This document shows, in pieces, positions 11,101-19,193 of a stretch of 53,614 nucleotides of DNA. The number at the start of each line of letters is the position of its first letter. The stretch's first letter is position 1. The stretch is from a virus. Taxonomy: Duplodnaviria; Caudoviricetes. The notes beneath the pieces were generated by a model that ran no database searches, was not told the DNA's origin, and saw only the letters and a program-made list of their open reading frames with translations. The stretch is from IMG/VR virus record IMGVR_UViG_3300017774_002291, positions 1-53,614 of that record. The stretch is one strand, 5' to 3'. The position numbers and the translations under genes were made by a program.

Positions 11101-11893
11101 TAAGGATAGACCTGAACAATTAAGATATGCTGTTTTTGCTACAATGTATTTAAGGTCATCTCAAAGTGGTTTGTTACAATCTCAATTTAATAATTATAGT
11201 AGTGTGGATTTATTACAAGATTGGGGACCATCTGTAGAACCTTTCTTTACGACTAAAAAATATTATTGTGGTAATTCAAACACTCCGTATATTACATTTG
11301 ATAGTTTAAGTCAGAATGTTGATTTTTTAATTTCTAGATATGAAAAAAGAGTTGGTGATATTAAGAGTATATCCGCAACAGATATTACTAAATTTATTAT
11401 ATTAAATGGTGATGCAAAAATAAGTGATAATTCTGTTTACACAACAATGAATTCAGCGGACATTAAAACTATGGAAAGTCAAGTACAAGAATCTATACAA
11501 AAATTTAACCCAATATCAGGTAATTATACAAATACTCCACCACCGGTAAATGTTCCATCTCCACCACCATATCTTAAAATAATTAATTTAGGTGTGTTTA
11601 CGGATTTACAAGGAAATGATTATAGTTATCGTAATATTCTACAATCTAATGGTAAATATATTGTATTAAAAATTGAAGACCCTAATTTTACCTTTGATAA
11701 GCTAGGTTCAACAACATTCTTAAACGCTAATAATGAATCAATTGGTTTTGGTTGTTCAGGTGGTTCGGGACCTTTAAAGTGTACTGTTAATGGTAAAGCT
11801 TCGGGGTTATATACTATGGTTCAAGAGTATTATCCAAACAAACCACAAAATTGGGATAAGTTTGAAATACGTAGTTCACCATTTAATCAGTAA
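5171..11893 (+). CDS. Very large baseplate hub-like protein (gp27/gpD/Mu gp44-type), possible degenerate muramidase-like C-terminal domain
   Basis: 2240 aa; N-terminal LGITSIQIR...PTIDITLVDVKG and late SYSCTVTMMGNAMIQPTMYFNL...GPYMIQKVNHTITPGHFETVFEGIR resemble hub proteins; overlaps the upstream gene by 11 nt. Confidence 0.6.
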   Translation: MVGNSENILVEFDYNNITIIDPNKVIDSDNKVKDRYVKQEDLVMYANLECNVLPRTKLALGTANNDSIRTVSIAKINFLKPGDKPYLDNSYTDEITGKGAIKGEGVNQPTFNSITNPNNSDDFYIKQTISSGGKPGATDNGLLGITSIQIRQGLDFLPTIDITLVDVKGRALFEAGDNSPYAAFFNLPYPLFHLTIKGYFGKAVRLGLMLQNFTTTYDSNTANFTVALKFYTYKYTVLSDITMGALLATPHMYQSRFNISRTSGGPSKTTKTDEVVVERGYQKVREMYSEYKSKGLIPNDFPEITLMQMKDRIENFIKNVLDSFTKQNLDPLTNLDTYATQLRDYQKEVFYNVKTSWFNEFMDTENYYILNKLSTKVYTFKKNLDEQKKSEAISKLKGLIEKYNKLLNENVTCGNVNGKGSYTINGKVTKCSIPNSVKYETKGVFTIDINSNDINLTETYKLQRKNNQPTPEDLTKFQEELQTANKFNNTTIILKNGANQVIQNYFVFEGTGSFIDLTEKMNKDLTTNRGLVEEALTQALAELLENKDNGIGFVPTIRNVLAVIFANGEAFLRLMDDVHTTAWAQRDSKIRKGVIFDKQIANASADNKSSGDDKNQPVYPWPQVIKQTTGEKGQEKYELRYPGDSDIIGETKGYLYDVWPEIEFVEEFIKGMTQKTPPPPPPTKTSNDTKDINRISLGAIEFPISDEVYQNKVVSKFIYEIYERALLTSHYSKLDRSNNLTSDADKVSNVIGEGENINISKSVSDNSDVELIKTLKEYNLNASNFENVLKHISNEGVSVSWQNYIRGIFNTGYIKNIVENASFSFKTYDEINDSKSQPLVSLSNEKDIADYISNSTTSNKYDFADIYPFTDKTWIKGNLANGNSTDELLAFNTTKTLIYNPNKKIVSNFSDTQSVDIKKPITNFVYKNVVMPTIIDDNLRNFYSTRTYTNQLPTEGDVKYLNYNGLVSSYQTTSIFNTPYFINAIQEGVENSKNGGTNPYVSASYLFINSLPLSTLREKYKNYTGNESVYSDESLDYIFASMKKFAAVHKVPYAWVLKIGSIWHRYKKYVNTNVDILDNCWKTFDAVKNYDPLNNSASTVYNFTIPGQVSATTMVLETTSLIPTIPLGSNNTQTIINTGFYPKLINDFNVFYQGYNVYTGYTSSDIQNGFNEGILLNYVPEAVINNVDGVTTGNSRTISVIPWSVSIVADYGQYIYVLPSHGGLINQTKNECFDTSDNLVYQVTGNTAMYDGSVRLFWASPNYGYFDNSKVIKPEPIHYLKQIFSGQSAQENFSINGVSKDYTKISEIFSVFDRDALDNFEKEFLNFSISIYDYETDKNSTDTETQKSFKNFQSLMRNMMKIPNTSTNNVEWVENVQDKQLTNISNIISQFLNYDVYFKLGNPSSFNKQLFYTFSTNHRIETPITWDYYRYVTPNSLPTETTLNNSINTNPLEWAALETYVGFSEIPQLTYKDGGSYITDFFIDCNVAFDVYNIEKLAPIIKIYATQKLKDNTLNYEKFVKLMDGYLNNLDSFNDRIINNLMNKLQKSLPNVNFTPQTKPETVLESKQTKLELWESFKATNDKWISGTDFKEKTLFEDVLLLDRASRDVGNLVLVDVQKLKDDLKEINVASTMLTYIQTILVRNNFVVMNIPSYVNFYNVQDAVKNPIPKPEGTLEFANTLFGTFMNVDYRNSSAKMVCFYAGKPSEQLDLKENVDYRYRNDAFDLRRVDNPLVENQIGKNDWDKSNKVVGFNVDFGPQNQSIFQGFNISQNPGLATAESLEVLNQMANQSNNRGGATQNTSLYNLYKNRSYSCTVTMMGNAMIQPTMYFNLRYVPMFSGPYMIQKVNHTITPGHFETVFEGIRQPTASLPKVDNYIQSLKTTLLQSIIDENKKNKQEKEKAAIASTTNTDIKKQTNEKVDKNTKQDATTQSNSSKCPPSREPDVKNNKYDKFTITDNTLSTSATYKEVVDLISEKTKDRPEQLRYAVFATMYLRSSQSGLLQSQFNNYSSVDLLQDWGPSVEPFFTTKKYYCGNSNTPYITFDSLSQNVDFLISRYEKRVGDIKSISATDITKFIILNGDAKISDNSVYTTMNSADIKTMESQVQESIQKFNPISGNYTNTPPPVNVPSPPPYLKIINLGVFTDLQGNDYSYRNILQSNGKYIVLKIEDPNFTFDKLGSTTFLNANNESIGFGCSGGSGPLKCTVNGKASGLYTMVQEYYPNKPQNWDKFEIRSSPFNQ

Positions 11894-11911
11894 CATTTAC
11901 AAATAAACAGA

Positions 11912-11919
11912 TATTTATA
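11912..11919 (+). promoter_or_regulatory. TATTTATA motif, candidate phage late promoter
   Basis: 13 nt before ATG 11933; the same motif recurs before many gene starts (see findings). Confidence 0.45.
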
Positions 11920-11932
11920 TATAAAAAAGATT

Positions 11933-12157
11933 ATGGATACAAAATCATTATTAGAAAATTACTTAGGTAAAAAAACCCGTACAACTGAAAAAGATATGGG
12001 TAACGGTTCAAAACAAGTTTGTGATTTAGAATCAGGAGATTGTTATACAATTAGAATGAAAGATGGTTTAATTGAGAGAGTTGACAATACAATGAATCAA
12101 AATAGACGAATTCAAGTTGAAACAACAACTGGTGTAAAACAATTATTAAACGGATAA
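11933..12157 (+). CDS. Hypothetical small protein
   Basis: 74-aa ORF with ATG after an A-rich leader, tightly packed with neighbours; contains a CDLESGDC motif. Confidence 0.7.
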   Translation: MDTKSLLENYLGKKTRTTEKDMGNGSKQVCDLESGDCYTIRMKDGLIERVDNTMNQNRRIQVETTTGVKQLLNG

Positions 12158-12158
12158 A

Positions 12159-12794
12159 ATGAAAAAAATAGACAATAGGATTTTAGAAGAAATTGCTAGA
12201 TATAATTCAATTAATAATTATATTGTAGAGCAAGACGCTACATTACCTCCACCACCGGCAGGAGGAGCTCCGGCACCTGTTGACCCAAATATGGTATCAC
12301 CATCTCCGGAGGCACCTGCAGGTCCACAACCTGTGGATTTAGCGACAGACCCTGATGTTGAAAAAGTTGATGGTGAGGGTGATACAGGTAAAACTGAAGA
12401 AATGGATATTACTGATTTAGTAAAATCTCAGAAAAAAGTTGAACAAAAACAAGAGGAATATTTTGATAACTTATTCCAACATTTAGATAACTTAGAGTCT
12501 AAGTTAGGTGAAATGGATGGTATTATGTCTAAGTTAAATGACTTAGAAATGAAAATTGAAAAATATAGAGAAAAAACTCCTCAAGAAAAATTAGAATTAA
12601 GAACATTAGATTCAGGACCATTCAATCAAAAATTAAGTCAATTCTTTAATGACAAAGAAGAGGATATGGAAAAATCAGGAAAAAATGAATATGTTTTAAC
12701 TCAAGATGAGGTTCAAGATTATTCACCAAATGAAATTAAAAAAACATTTAGAGATTTTGACGATTCTTCATCAAAATTCCAACAAGTAAGATAA
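12159..12794 (+). CDS. Hypothetical acidic, Pro-rich, coiled-coil protein (possible head assembly or internal protein)
   Basis: 211 aa; PPPPAGGAPAP linker and heptad-like LDNLESKLGEMDGIMSKLNDLEMKIEKY segment; followed by a terminator. Confidence 0.7.
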   Translation: MKKIDNRILEEIARYNSINNYIVEQDATLPPPPAGGAPAPVDPNMVSPSPEAPAGPQPVDLATDPDVEKVDGEGDTGKTEEMDITDLVKSQKKVEQKQEEYFDNLFQHLDNLESKLGEMDGIMSKLNDLEMKIEKYREKTPQEKLELRTLDSGPFNQKLSQFFNDKEEDMEKSGKNEYVLTQDEVQDYSPNEIKKTFRDFDDSSSKFQQVR

Positions 12795-12796
12795 TT

Positions 12797-12823
12797 AAAA
12801 GGGTCTTAGGACCCTTTTTTTTT
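12797..12823 (+). terminator. Rho-independent terminator
   Basis: AAAAGGGTC-TTAG-GACCCTTTT stem-loop with a 9-T run directly after stop 12794. Confidence 0.85.
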
Positions 12824-12833
12824 ACAAAACAAT

Positions 12834-12862
12834 TTGACAAACCCACGGCTGACACTTATACT
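12834..12862 (+). promoter_or_regulatory. Sigma70-type early/middle promoter for the replication block
   Basis: TTGACA (12834-12839), 17-nt spacer, TATACT (12857-12862); just after the terminator and 29 nt before the SSB ATG. Confidence 0.75.
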
Positions 12863-12891
12863 TTTATAAACCTTTAAATATTTTAAAAACT

Positions 12892-13746
12892 ATGGCGACA
12901 AATTCATTAGACGCAGTTTTGGCTCAATACGAGAAAGCAAAACAAGGTAGTACTTCTTCTACCTCAAAATTCACACAAGAAGAAAGAATGAAAAAATACT
13001 TTGCGGCAATCCTTCAAGATAAGGAAACTCAAGGCCAAAGAAGATTAAGAATCTTACCAACAACAGATGGTTCTTCACCATTTAAGGAAGTTTGGTACCA
13101 CGAGATTCAGGTTGATGGGAAATTCCAAAAATTTTATGACCCGGGAAAAAACGACAATGAACGTTCACCTTTAACAGAGGTTTACGAAGAACTCCGCTCA
13201 ACAGGTAATGAAAATGACAAAAAATTGTCGTCTAATTACTTATCACGTAAATTCTACATTGTTAAAGTTATTGATAGAGATAACGAAGAAGATGGTGTTA
13301 AATTTTGGAGATTCAAATCTAACTACAAAAATGAGGGTATCTATGACAAAATCATCCCTATCTACAGAAACAAAGGAGATATTGCTGACCCTGAAAAAGG
13401 TAGAGACCTTATCTTAGAATTAACCAAAGCTAAAACTCCAAAAGGAGCTGTTTACACGGTGATTCAGACAGTTATGTACGATGATGCGGCACCAATTCAC
13501 GAAGACACAAAACTTGCTGAAAGTTGGGTTAACGATGAGTTAACTTGGGAAGATGTTTACTCTAAAAAACCTGTTGAGTACTTAGAGGCAATTGCAAGAG
13601 GTGAAACACCAAAATGGAACTCTGACAAGGGGGGTTACGATTATGGTGATTCATCTTCAGATGAAACTTCATTTGGTGGTTCTAAACCGTCTGCTCCGAT
13701 TGACCCACAAGCTGACTCTGAAGAAGATTCAGATATGCCGTTTTAA
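12892..13746 (+). CDS. Single-stranded DNA-binding protein, T4 gp32-like
   Basis: RLRILP...PFKEVWYH, FYIVKVIDRDNEEDGVKFWRF, DPEKGRDLIL and acidic tail ending DSEEDSDMPF. Confidence 0.85.
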   Translation: MATNSLDAVLAQYEKAKQGSTSSTSKFTQEERMKKYFAAILQDKETQGQRRLRILPTTDGSSPFKEVWYHEIQVDGKFQKFYDPGKNDNERSPLTEVYEELRSTGNENDKKLSSNYLSRKFYIVKVIDRDNEEDGVKFWRFKSNYKNEGIYDKIIPIYRNKGDIADPEKGRDLILELTKAKTPKGAVYTVIQTVMYDDAAPIHEDTKLAESWVNDELTWEDVYSKKPVEYLEAIARGETPKWNSDKGGYDYGDSSSDETSFGGSKPSAPIDPQADSEEDSDMPF

Positions 13747-13816
13747 AATGGTAAATAAATAACATTTTCCTACCTTTTTAACAAACTTGATATATTTATA
13801 TATAAAAGAAATTATT

Positions 13817-14365
13817 ATGGAGGAAAATGTTATTAAAAAATGTTTTAAATGTAATCAAAACCTACCCTTATGTGAGTTTTATAAACATAACCAAATGACT
13901 GACGGACATTTGAATAAATGTAAAAAATGTACTAAGATTGATGTCAGGAAAAGAGAGTCCGAATTAATAAACGACTCCGAATGGGTTAAAAAAGAAAAAG
14001 AACGACATAGAGAAAAATATCATAGGTTAAATTATAAGGAAAAGCGTCCCACGACAGAGAAAAAAAGAGAATATATAAAAAACTATAGACAAAAATATCC
14101 TGAAAAATATTTAGCGGCTAAATATACTGAAATTTTCTTAACTAAAATAAAAGGTATTCATTTACATCATTGGTCTTATAATCGAGAAGATTGGTTAGAT
14201 ATAATAGAGTTAAATATTAAAGACCATAATTTATTACATAGATTAATGATTTATAATCCTGAACTTATGAAATATAACACAATTGATGGTGAACTATTGG
14301 ATACAAAAGAAAAACATATCAGTTACTTAAATCAAATAATTAAAAATGGCAATAAAAAAGAATAA
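13817..14365 (+). CDS. Putative HNH homing endonuclease with N-terminal Zn-finger
   Basis: CFKC...EFYKH...DGHLNKCKKC Zn-finger and HLHHWSYN...DHNLLH HNH-like core. ATG 13817 is preferred over TTG 13787. Overlaps the recA start by 20 nt. Confidence 0.65.
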   Translation: MEENVIKKCFKCNQNLPLCEFYKHNQMTDGHLNKCKKCTKIDVRKRESELINDSEWVKKEKERHREKYHRLNYKEKRPTTEKKREYIKNYRQKYPEKYLAAKYTEIFLTKIKGIHLHHWSYNREDWLDIIELNIKDHNLLHRLMIYNPELMKYNTIDGELLDTKEKHISYLNQIIKNGNKKE

Positions 14366-15341
14366 ATTCTCTATGGAGGATATTAAAAGCAAGTATTCAA
14401 CCAAAACAAAATATAAAGACGAAAGTTATTATAATTGTGGTGAAGCGTTTATGGAGGCTTGTGGATTACCGGGACCTGTTATGGGTGGAATCAATATGTT
14501 TTTGGGACATTCAAACTCATCAAAAACAACAGCAATGATTTTGGCAGCGGCAGACGCTCAAAGAAGAGGTGACTTACCTATTTTAATTATCACAGAAAAA
14601 AAATGGAGTTGGAAACACGCTGTTGAGTTAGGATTACAGGCGGAACAAGACGAGGATGGTAATTGGGATGGTCATTTTATTTTTAATGATAGTTTTGATT
14701 ATATTGAACAATTAACTGACTATATTAATGATATATTGGATGCTCAAGAAAGTGGAGATATTCCTTATAACATTTTATTCTGTTGGGATTCAGTTGGTTC
14801 TATTCCTTGTAAGATGACTTACGAAGGTAAAGGTGGTAAAATGCACAACGCTGCTGCATTGGCTGATACAATTGGAATGGGGATTCACTCAAGAATTTCT
14901 AAAACCAAAAAAGAAAGTGTTCCGTATTACGCAACTATGGTTGTAATCAATCAACCTTGGGTGGACCTTCCGGATAATCCATTTGGACAACCTGAGATTA
15001 AAGCTAAAGGTGGTGAGGCATTATGGTTGGCGTCAAGTTTGGTATTTTTATTTGGTAATCAGAAGAAAGCGGGTATTAACCACATTACTGCGACTAAAAA
15101 TGGTAGAACTGTGGCTTATGCGACAAGAACTAAAATATCTGTATTGAAAAACCACGTTAATGGTATTTCATTTAAAGATGGTAAAATCATTGCGGTACCA
15201 CAAGGGTATATTAAAGACGACAAAGTGGCTTTAGACAAATACAAAAAAGAATATTCAGAATTTTGGAATAAAATTCTATCCGGAGATGGTGATATTGTTT
15301 TTAAAGATATTGTGACAAAAACAGAAGAAGACGAAGACTAG
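14346..15341 (+). CDS. recA: RecA/UvsX-like recombinase
   Basis: Walker A-like FLGHSNSSKTT, Walker B LFCWDSVGS, VVINQ, KGGEALW, KISVLKNH. Confidence 0.85.
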   Translation: MAIKKNKFSMEDIKSKYSTKTKYKDESYYNCGEAFMEACGLPGPVMGGINMFLGHSNSSKTTAMILAAADAQRRGDLPILIITEKKWSWKHAVELGLQAEQDEDGNWDGHFIFNDSFDYIEQLTDYINDILDAQESGDIPYNILFCWDSVGSIPCKMTYEGKGGKMHNAAALADTIGMGIHSRISKTKKESVPYYATMVVINQPWVDLPDNPFGQPEIKAKGGEALWLASSLVFLFGNQKKAGINHITATKNGRTVAYATRTKISVLKNHVNGISFKDGKIIAVPQGYIKDDKVALDKYKKEYSEFWNKILSGDGDIVFKDIVTKTEEDED

Positions 15342-15365
15342 TACTAACGAATACAGACAAAACAA

Positions 15366-16367
15366 GTGACTAAAACACTTTTGGTTGACGGAAACAATTT
15401 AACAAAAATTGGATTCCACGGGGTTAAAGATTTTTTTAATAAAGGTAAACACATAGGTGCCGTATGGCACTTTGTGAATACCCTTCGTAGACTTATAGAC
15501 GAAGAAAATTACGACAAGGTTGTCGTTATGTGGGATGGAGATAATAATTCCCTAACCCGAAAAACATTATATCCCCAATATAAAGAAAAGAGAAGAATTA
15601 CCGATGATTTCAAAGACCAATCTTTTGAAGAGCAAAAAGAGAGGATTAAGGAATATTTGGAAGAGTGTTATATAAGACAAATAAACATTGAAAAAAACGA
15701 GGCGGACGATTTGATTGCCTATTACTGCCAAATCTCGGAAAACGAACAAAAAACCATATTCTCAGGGGATAAAGACCTTCTACAACTAATATCCGATAAA
15801 GTATCGGTGTATTATCCAAAAACAAAACAAACATTCAGAAATGGAGACAAGGTGATGTTGGAATATTATTATTTTCCGCACCAAAATGTTCGTACCTATA
15901 AGATTCTGTCTGGTGATAAATCGGACAATATTGACGGTATTTCAGGTTTAGGGGAAAAAACTCTTATAAAGTTTTTCCCTGAACTACTTGAAAAAACGGT
16001 TTCTGTTTCCGATATTTTAGAAAAGGCGGAAATCTTACTAAAAGAAAATAAAACTAATAAAACGTTACAGAATCTATTATCAGGTAAAACAAAAACCGGA
16101 GTATACGGGGATGAGTTTTTTGAGGTTAACAAAAAAATCGTTGATTTATCAAATCCTCTTATAACCGATGAAGGTAAGAAACTCGTTGAATTGTATTATA
16201 AGGAAACATTAGACCCTGATGGAAGGGGTTATAGAAATCTTATAAAGATGATGATGGAGGACGGATTCTTCAAATATCTACCAAAAGTGGATGATGCGTG
16301 GGTTAATTTTGTTAGACCCTTTATGAAATTAACAAGAAAAGAAAAAAGAAATTACAAAAACAATTAA
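15366..16367 (+). CDS. 5'-3' exonuclease / flap endonuclease (T4 RNase H or PolA N-terminal type)
   Basis: LLVDGNNL, RKTLYPQYKEKR, EADDLIAY, SGDKDLLQL, GDKSDNIDGISGLGEKT (H3TH motif); GTG start. Confidence 0.92.
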   Translation: MTKTLLVDGNNLTKIGFHGVKDFFNKGKHIGAVWHFVNTLRRLIDEENYDKVVVMWDGDNNSLTRKTLYPQYKEKRRITDDFKDQSFEEQKERIKEYLEECYIRQINIEKNEADDLIAYYCQISENEQKTIFSGDKDLLQLISDKVSVYYPKTKQTFRNGDKVMLEYYYFPHQNVRTYKILSGDKSDNIDGISGLGEKTLIKFFPELLEKTVSVSDILEKAEILLKENKTNKTLQNLLSGKTKTGVYGDEFFEVNKKIVDLSNPLITDEGKKLVELYYKETLDPDGRGYRNLIKMMMEDGFFKYLPKVDDAWVNFVRPFMKLTRKEKRNYKNN

Positions 16368-16371
16368 AACT

Positions 16372-16824
16372 ATGAAAGACCAAGATTCGGTAAAACTAGA
16401 ATTCTTAATGATGGTAAATGACAACATCATTGTGCAGAGATTTTTTAATGTGAGAGAGTTTAATAATGGGGCAAAAAACTCATTAGAGCTTTATGGATTA
16501 CTCCTTGATTTTAAGGATGATATTCAAACACAATTAAAATTAAAAACCGTAACATATATGTCGGATAATATGTACGAAATTATTAACAATCCGGCTATTT
16601 TAGATACGTCTTATATTGACGGTCCGGAGTACTTTAATATCTTCATTAAACAAAACGATGTGACAATTTGTCATAGACAGATAGACGCTAAAGTATACCC
16701 CCCAAAGATAAGATATACCGTGGATGTACGCCCACACCTAAAAAACCTATTGATGAACTTAACTGACATCTTTTCATCAAAAGATTTAACAAAAAAATAT
16801 TTAGAAGTTAACCTAAGTGTATAG
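16372..16824 (+). CDS. Hypothetical protein in replication block
   Basis: 150-aa ORF packed between exonuclease and helicase; no motif recognised. Confidence 0.75.
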   Translation: MKDQDSVKLEFLMMVNDNIIVQRFFNVREFNNGAKNSLELYGLLLDFKDDIQTQLKLKTVTYMSDNMYEIINNPAILDTSYIDGPEYFNIFIKQNDVTICHRQIDAKVYPPKIRYTVDVRPHLKNLLMNLTDIFSSKDLTKKYLEVNLSV

Positions 16825-16853
16825 TATTTATTAATACACTAAAAGAAAAATAT

Positions 16854-18236
16854 ATGGCGTCAAACAAAAATTTTGAGTATTTGGGGAGTACCTTTCAGAT
16901 ACAATTATTAAACCAAATCATCATCGACAAAGACTTTTCAAGGTCAATTATAGATGTGATTGAAACAAGTTATTTTGAGAATAAATACTTCAAATTAATT
17001 ATTCAAATGATTAAAGAGTATTATACAAAATACGAACACACACCAACCTTTGACACATTAGAACAAATTACAAAATCTGAGATACAACAACCTCTAGCGT
17101 CAAAAATCATTATTGACACCCTTATAAAAGTTAAGGAATCTACACTTGAAGGGGCTGAATTTGTACAAGAAAAATCTATGAAATTCTGTAAACAACAGGA
17201 GTTACAGAAAGTAATGGTTAAAGCTCAAAAAATCATTGATACCGGTGAGTTTGAGAGTTACGACACATTAGAGGAAATGGTTAGTAAGGCATTACAAGTT
17301 GGGGAACACGACAAGGGAACGGAAAGTGTTTTTAGTAACTTAGATGATGTTCTAAATGAGGATTATCGTCATCCGATACCTATGGGTATTCCGGGGATAG
17401 ATAGACTCTTAAAAGGAGGGTTGGCAAAAGGTGAAATCGGTGTTATTTTAGCACCAACAGGTGTAGGTAAATCAACTTTACTTACAAAAATCTCAAATCA
17501 CGCATTTAATTTGGGATATAATGTTTTACAAATATTCTTTGAGGATAACCCAAAGATTATCCAACGTAAACACATTACATTATGGACAAAAATTCACCCG
17601 GACGAATTGTCGATAAGAAAAGATGAGGTAATGGTTAAAGTTAAAGAAGTTAAGGAGAAAATGCCTAATGAATTGATACTTAAAAAACTTCCATCTGATA
17701 CTGTAACGATGATGCAGATTAAAAACCAAATCAGAAAAATGATTTCGGAAGGAATCAAAGTTGATATGGTATTATTGGACTACATTGACTGTGTGGTTCC
17801 GGATAAAAACTTGGGGGATGAATGGAAATCTGAAGGGTCAGTGATGAGAGGTTTTGAATCTATGTGTCACGAACTTGACTTAGTTGGGTGGACGGCAACT
17901 CAGGGTAATAGAAGTTCAATATCGTCAGATGTTGTAACAACCGACCAAATGGGTGGGTCTATTAAAAAAGCTCAGGTTGGACACGTAATTATTTCCGTGG
18001 CAAAATCTCTACAACAAAAAGAAATGAAACTAGCGACGATTGCTATTACTAAATCACGTATTGGTGATGACGGGGTTGTATTTGAGAACTGTAAATTTGA
18101 TAACGGTATGTTAGAGATTGATACTGAAAGTTCGGTAACCTTTTTAGGATTAGAAGAACAAACCGAAGAAAGAAATAGACAGAGAATAAAGGACTTGTTA
18201 GACAAGAGAAAAGAAAAAAATCAACAACAAAATTAA
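16854..18236 (+). CDS. dnaB: Replicative DNA helicase (DnaB / T4 gp41-like)
   Basis: Walker [11 protein letters not shown], Walker [25 protein letters not shown] arginine finger. Confidence 0.92.
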   Translation: MASNKNFEYLGSTFQIQLLNQIIIDKDFSRSIIDVIETSYFENKYFKLIIQMIKEYYTKYEHTPTFDTLEQITKSEIQQPLASKIIIDTLIKVKESTLEGAEFVQEKSMKFCKQQELQKVMVKAQKIIDTGEFESYDTLEEMVSKALQVGEHDKGTESVFSNLDDVLNEDYRHPIPMGIPGIDRLLKGGLAKGEIGVILAPTGVGKSTLLTKISNHAFNLGYNVLQIFFEDNPKIIQRKHITLWTKIHPDELSIRKDEVMVKVKEVKEKMPNELILKKLPSDTVTMMQIKNQIRKMISEGIKVDMVLLDYIDCVVPDKNLGDEWKSEGSVMRGFESMCHELDLVGWTATQGNRSSISSDVVTTDQMGGSIKKAQVGHVIISVAKSLQQKEMKLATIAITKSRIGDDGVVFENCKFDNGMLEIDTESSVTFLGLEEQTEERNRQRIKDLLDKRKEKNQQQN

Positions 18237-18241
18237 TTAAA

Positions 18242-19192
18242 ATGAAAGAAAAAATATTAGAACCAAATAACGACCGATTTGTTATTTTTCCCATAGAACA
18301 TAATGATATATGGGAGTTTTACAAACAACATCAAGCTGCGTTTTGGACAGCAGAAGAAGTGGATTTATCTAACGATATTAGAGATTGGGAAAACCTATCA
18401 GATAATGAAAGATATTTTCTTAAAAATATATTAGCATTCTTTGCGGCATCTGATGGTATTGTAAATGAAAACTTGGCTGAGAATTTCCTAAAAGAAGTAC
18501 AATATGCTGAGGCAAAGTTCTTTTACGGATTCCAAATTATGATGGAGAATATTCACTCATTAATGTATTCATTATTGATTGACACTTATGTATCGGATGA
18601 CACTGAGAAAGACGAATGTTTCCACGCAATTGATAGATTACCTGCGGTTCAAAAGAAAGCTAAATGGGCTCTTGATTGGATTGAGAACGCTTCGTTTCAA
18701 GAAAGATTGGTCGCATTCGCTGCGGTTGAAGGTATCTTCTTCTCAGGGTCATTTTGTTCAATTTTTTGGATGAAATCAAGAGGAATTATGCCAGGATTAT
18801 GTAGTGCTAATTCATTAATATTCAAAGATGAAAACTTACACTGTGATTTCGCTATCCATTTGATTAACAACCATGTGGAGAACAAACCAACAGAGAAAAG
18901 AATTAAAGAGATATTATTGTCCGCTTTAGAGATTGAAAAAGAGTTTATTACTGAGTCATTACCAGTATCTTTAATAGGTATGAACTCAAACTTGATGAAA
19001 CAATATCTTGAATTTGTAACTGACGGATTACTAGTTAAATTTGGTTGTAAAAAACATTTTAACGTGGAACAACCATTTAAATTTATGGAACAAATTGCTG
19101 TTGAAACAAAAGGAAACTTTTTTGAAGGTAGAACTTTAGAATACCAAAAAGCAAAATTAGGTGAGTCATTAACATTTACAGAGGATTTTTAA
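18242..19192 (+). CDS. nrdB: Ribonucleotide reductase class Ia beta subunit
   Basis: [33 protein letters not shown] (radical Tyr), [19 protein letters not shown]-terminal NFFE...Y...FTEDF. Confidence 0.97.
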   Translation: MKEKILEPNNDRFVIFPIEHNDIWEFYKQHQAAFWTAEEVDLSNDIRDWENLSDNERYFLKNILAFFAASDGIVNENLAENFLKEVQYAEAKFFYGFQIMMENIHSLMYSLLIDTYVSDDTEKDECFHAIDRLPAVQKKAKWALDWIENASFQERLVAFAAVEGIFFSGSFCSIFWMKSRGIMPGLCSANSLIFKDENLHCDFAIHLINNHVENKPTEKRIKEILLSALEIEKEFITESLPVSLIGMNSNLMKQYLEFVTDGLLVKFGCKKHFNVEQPFKFMEQIAVETKGNFFEGRTLEYQKAKLGESLTFTEDF

Positions 19193-19193
19193 T

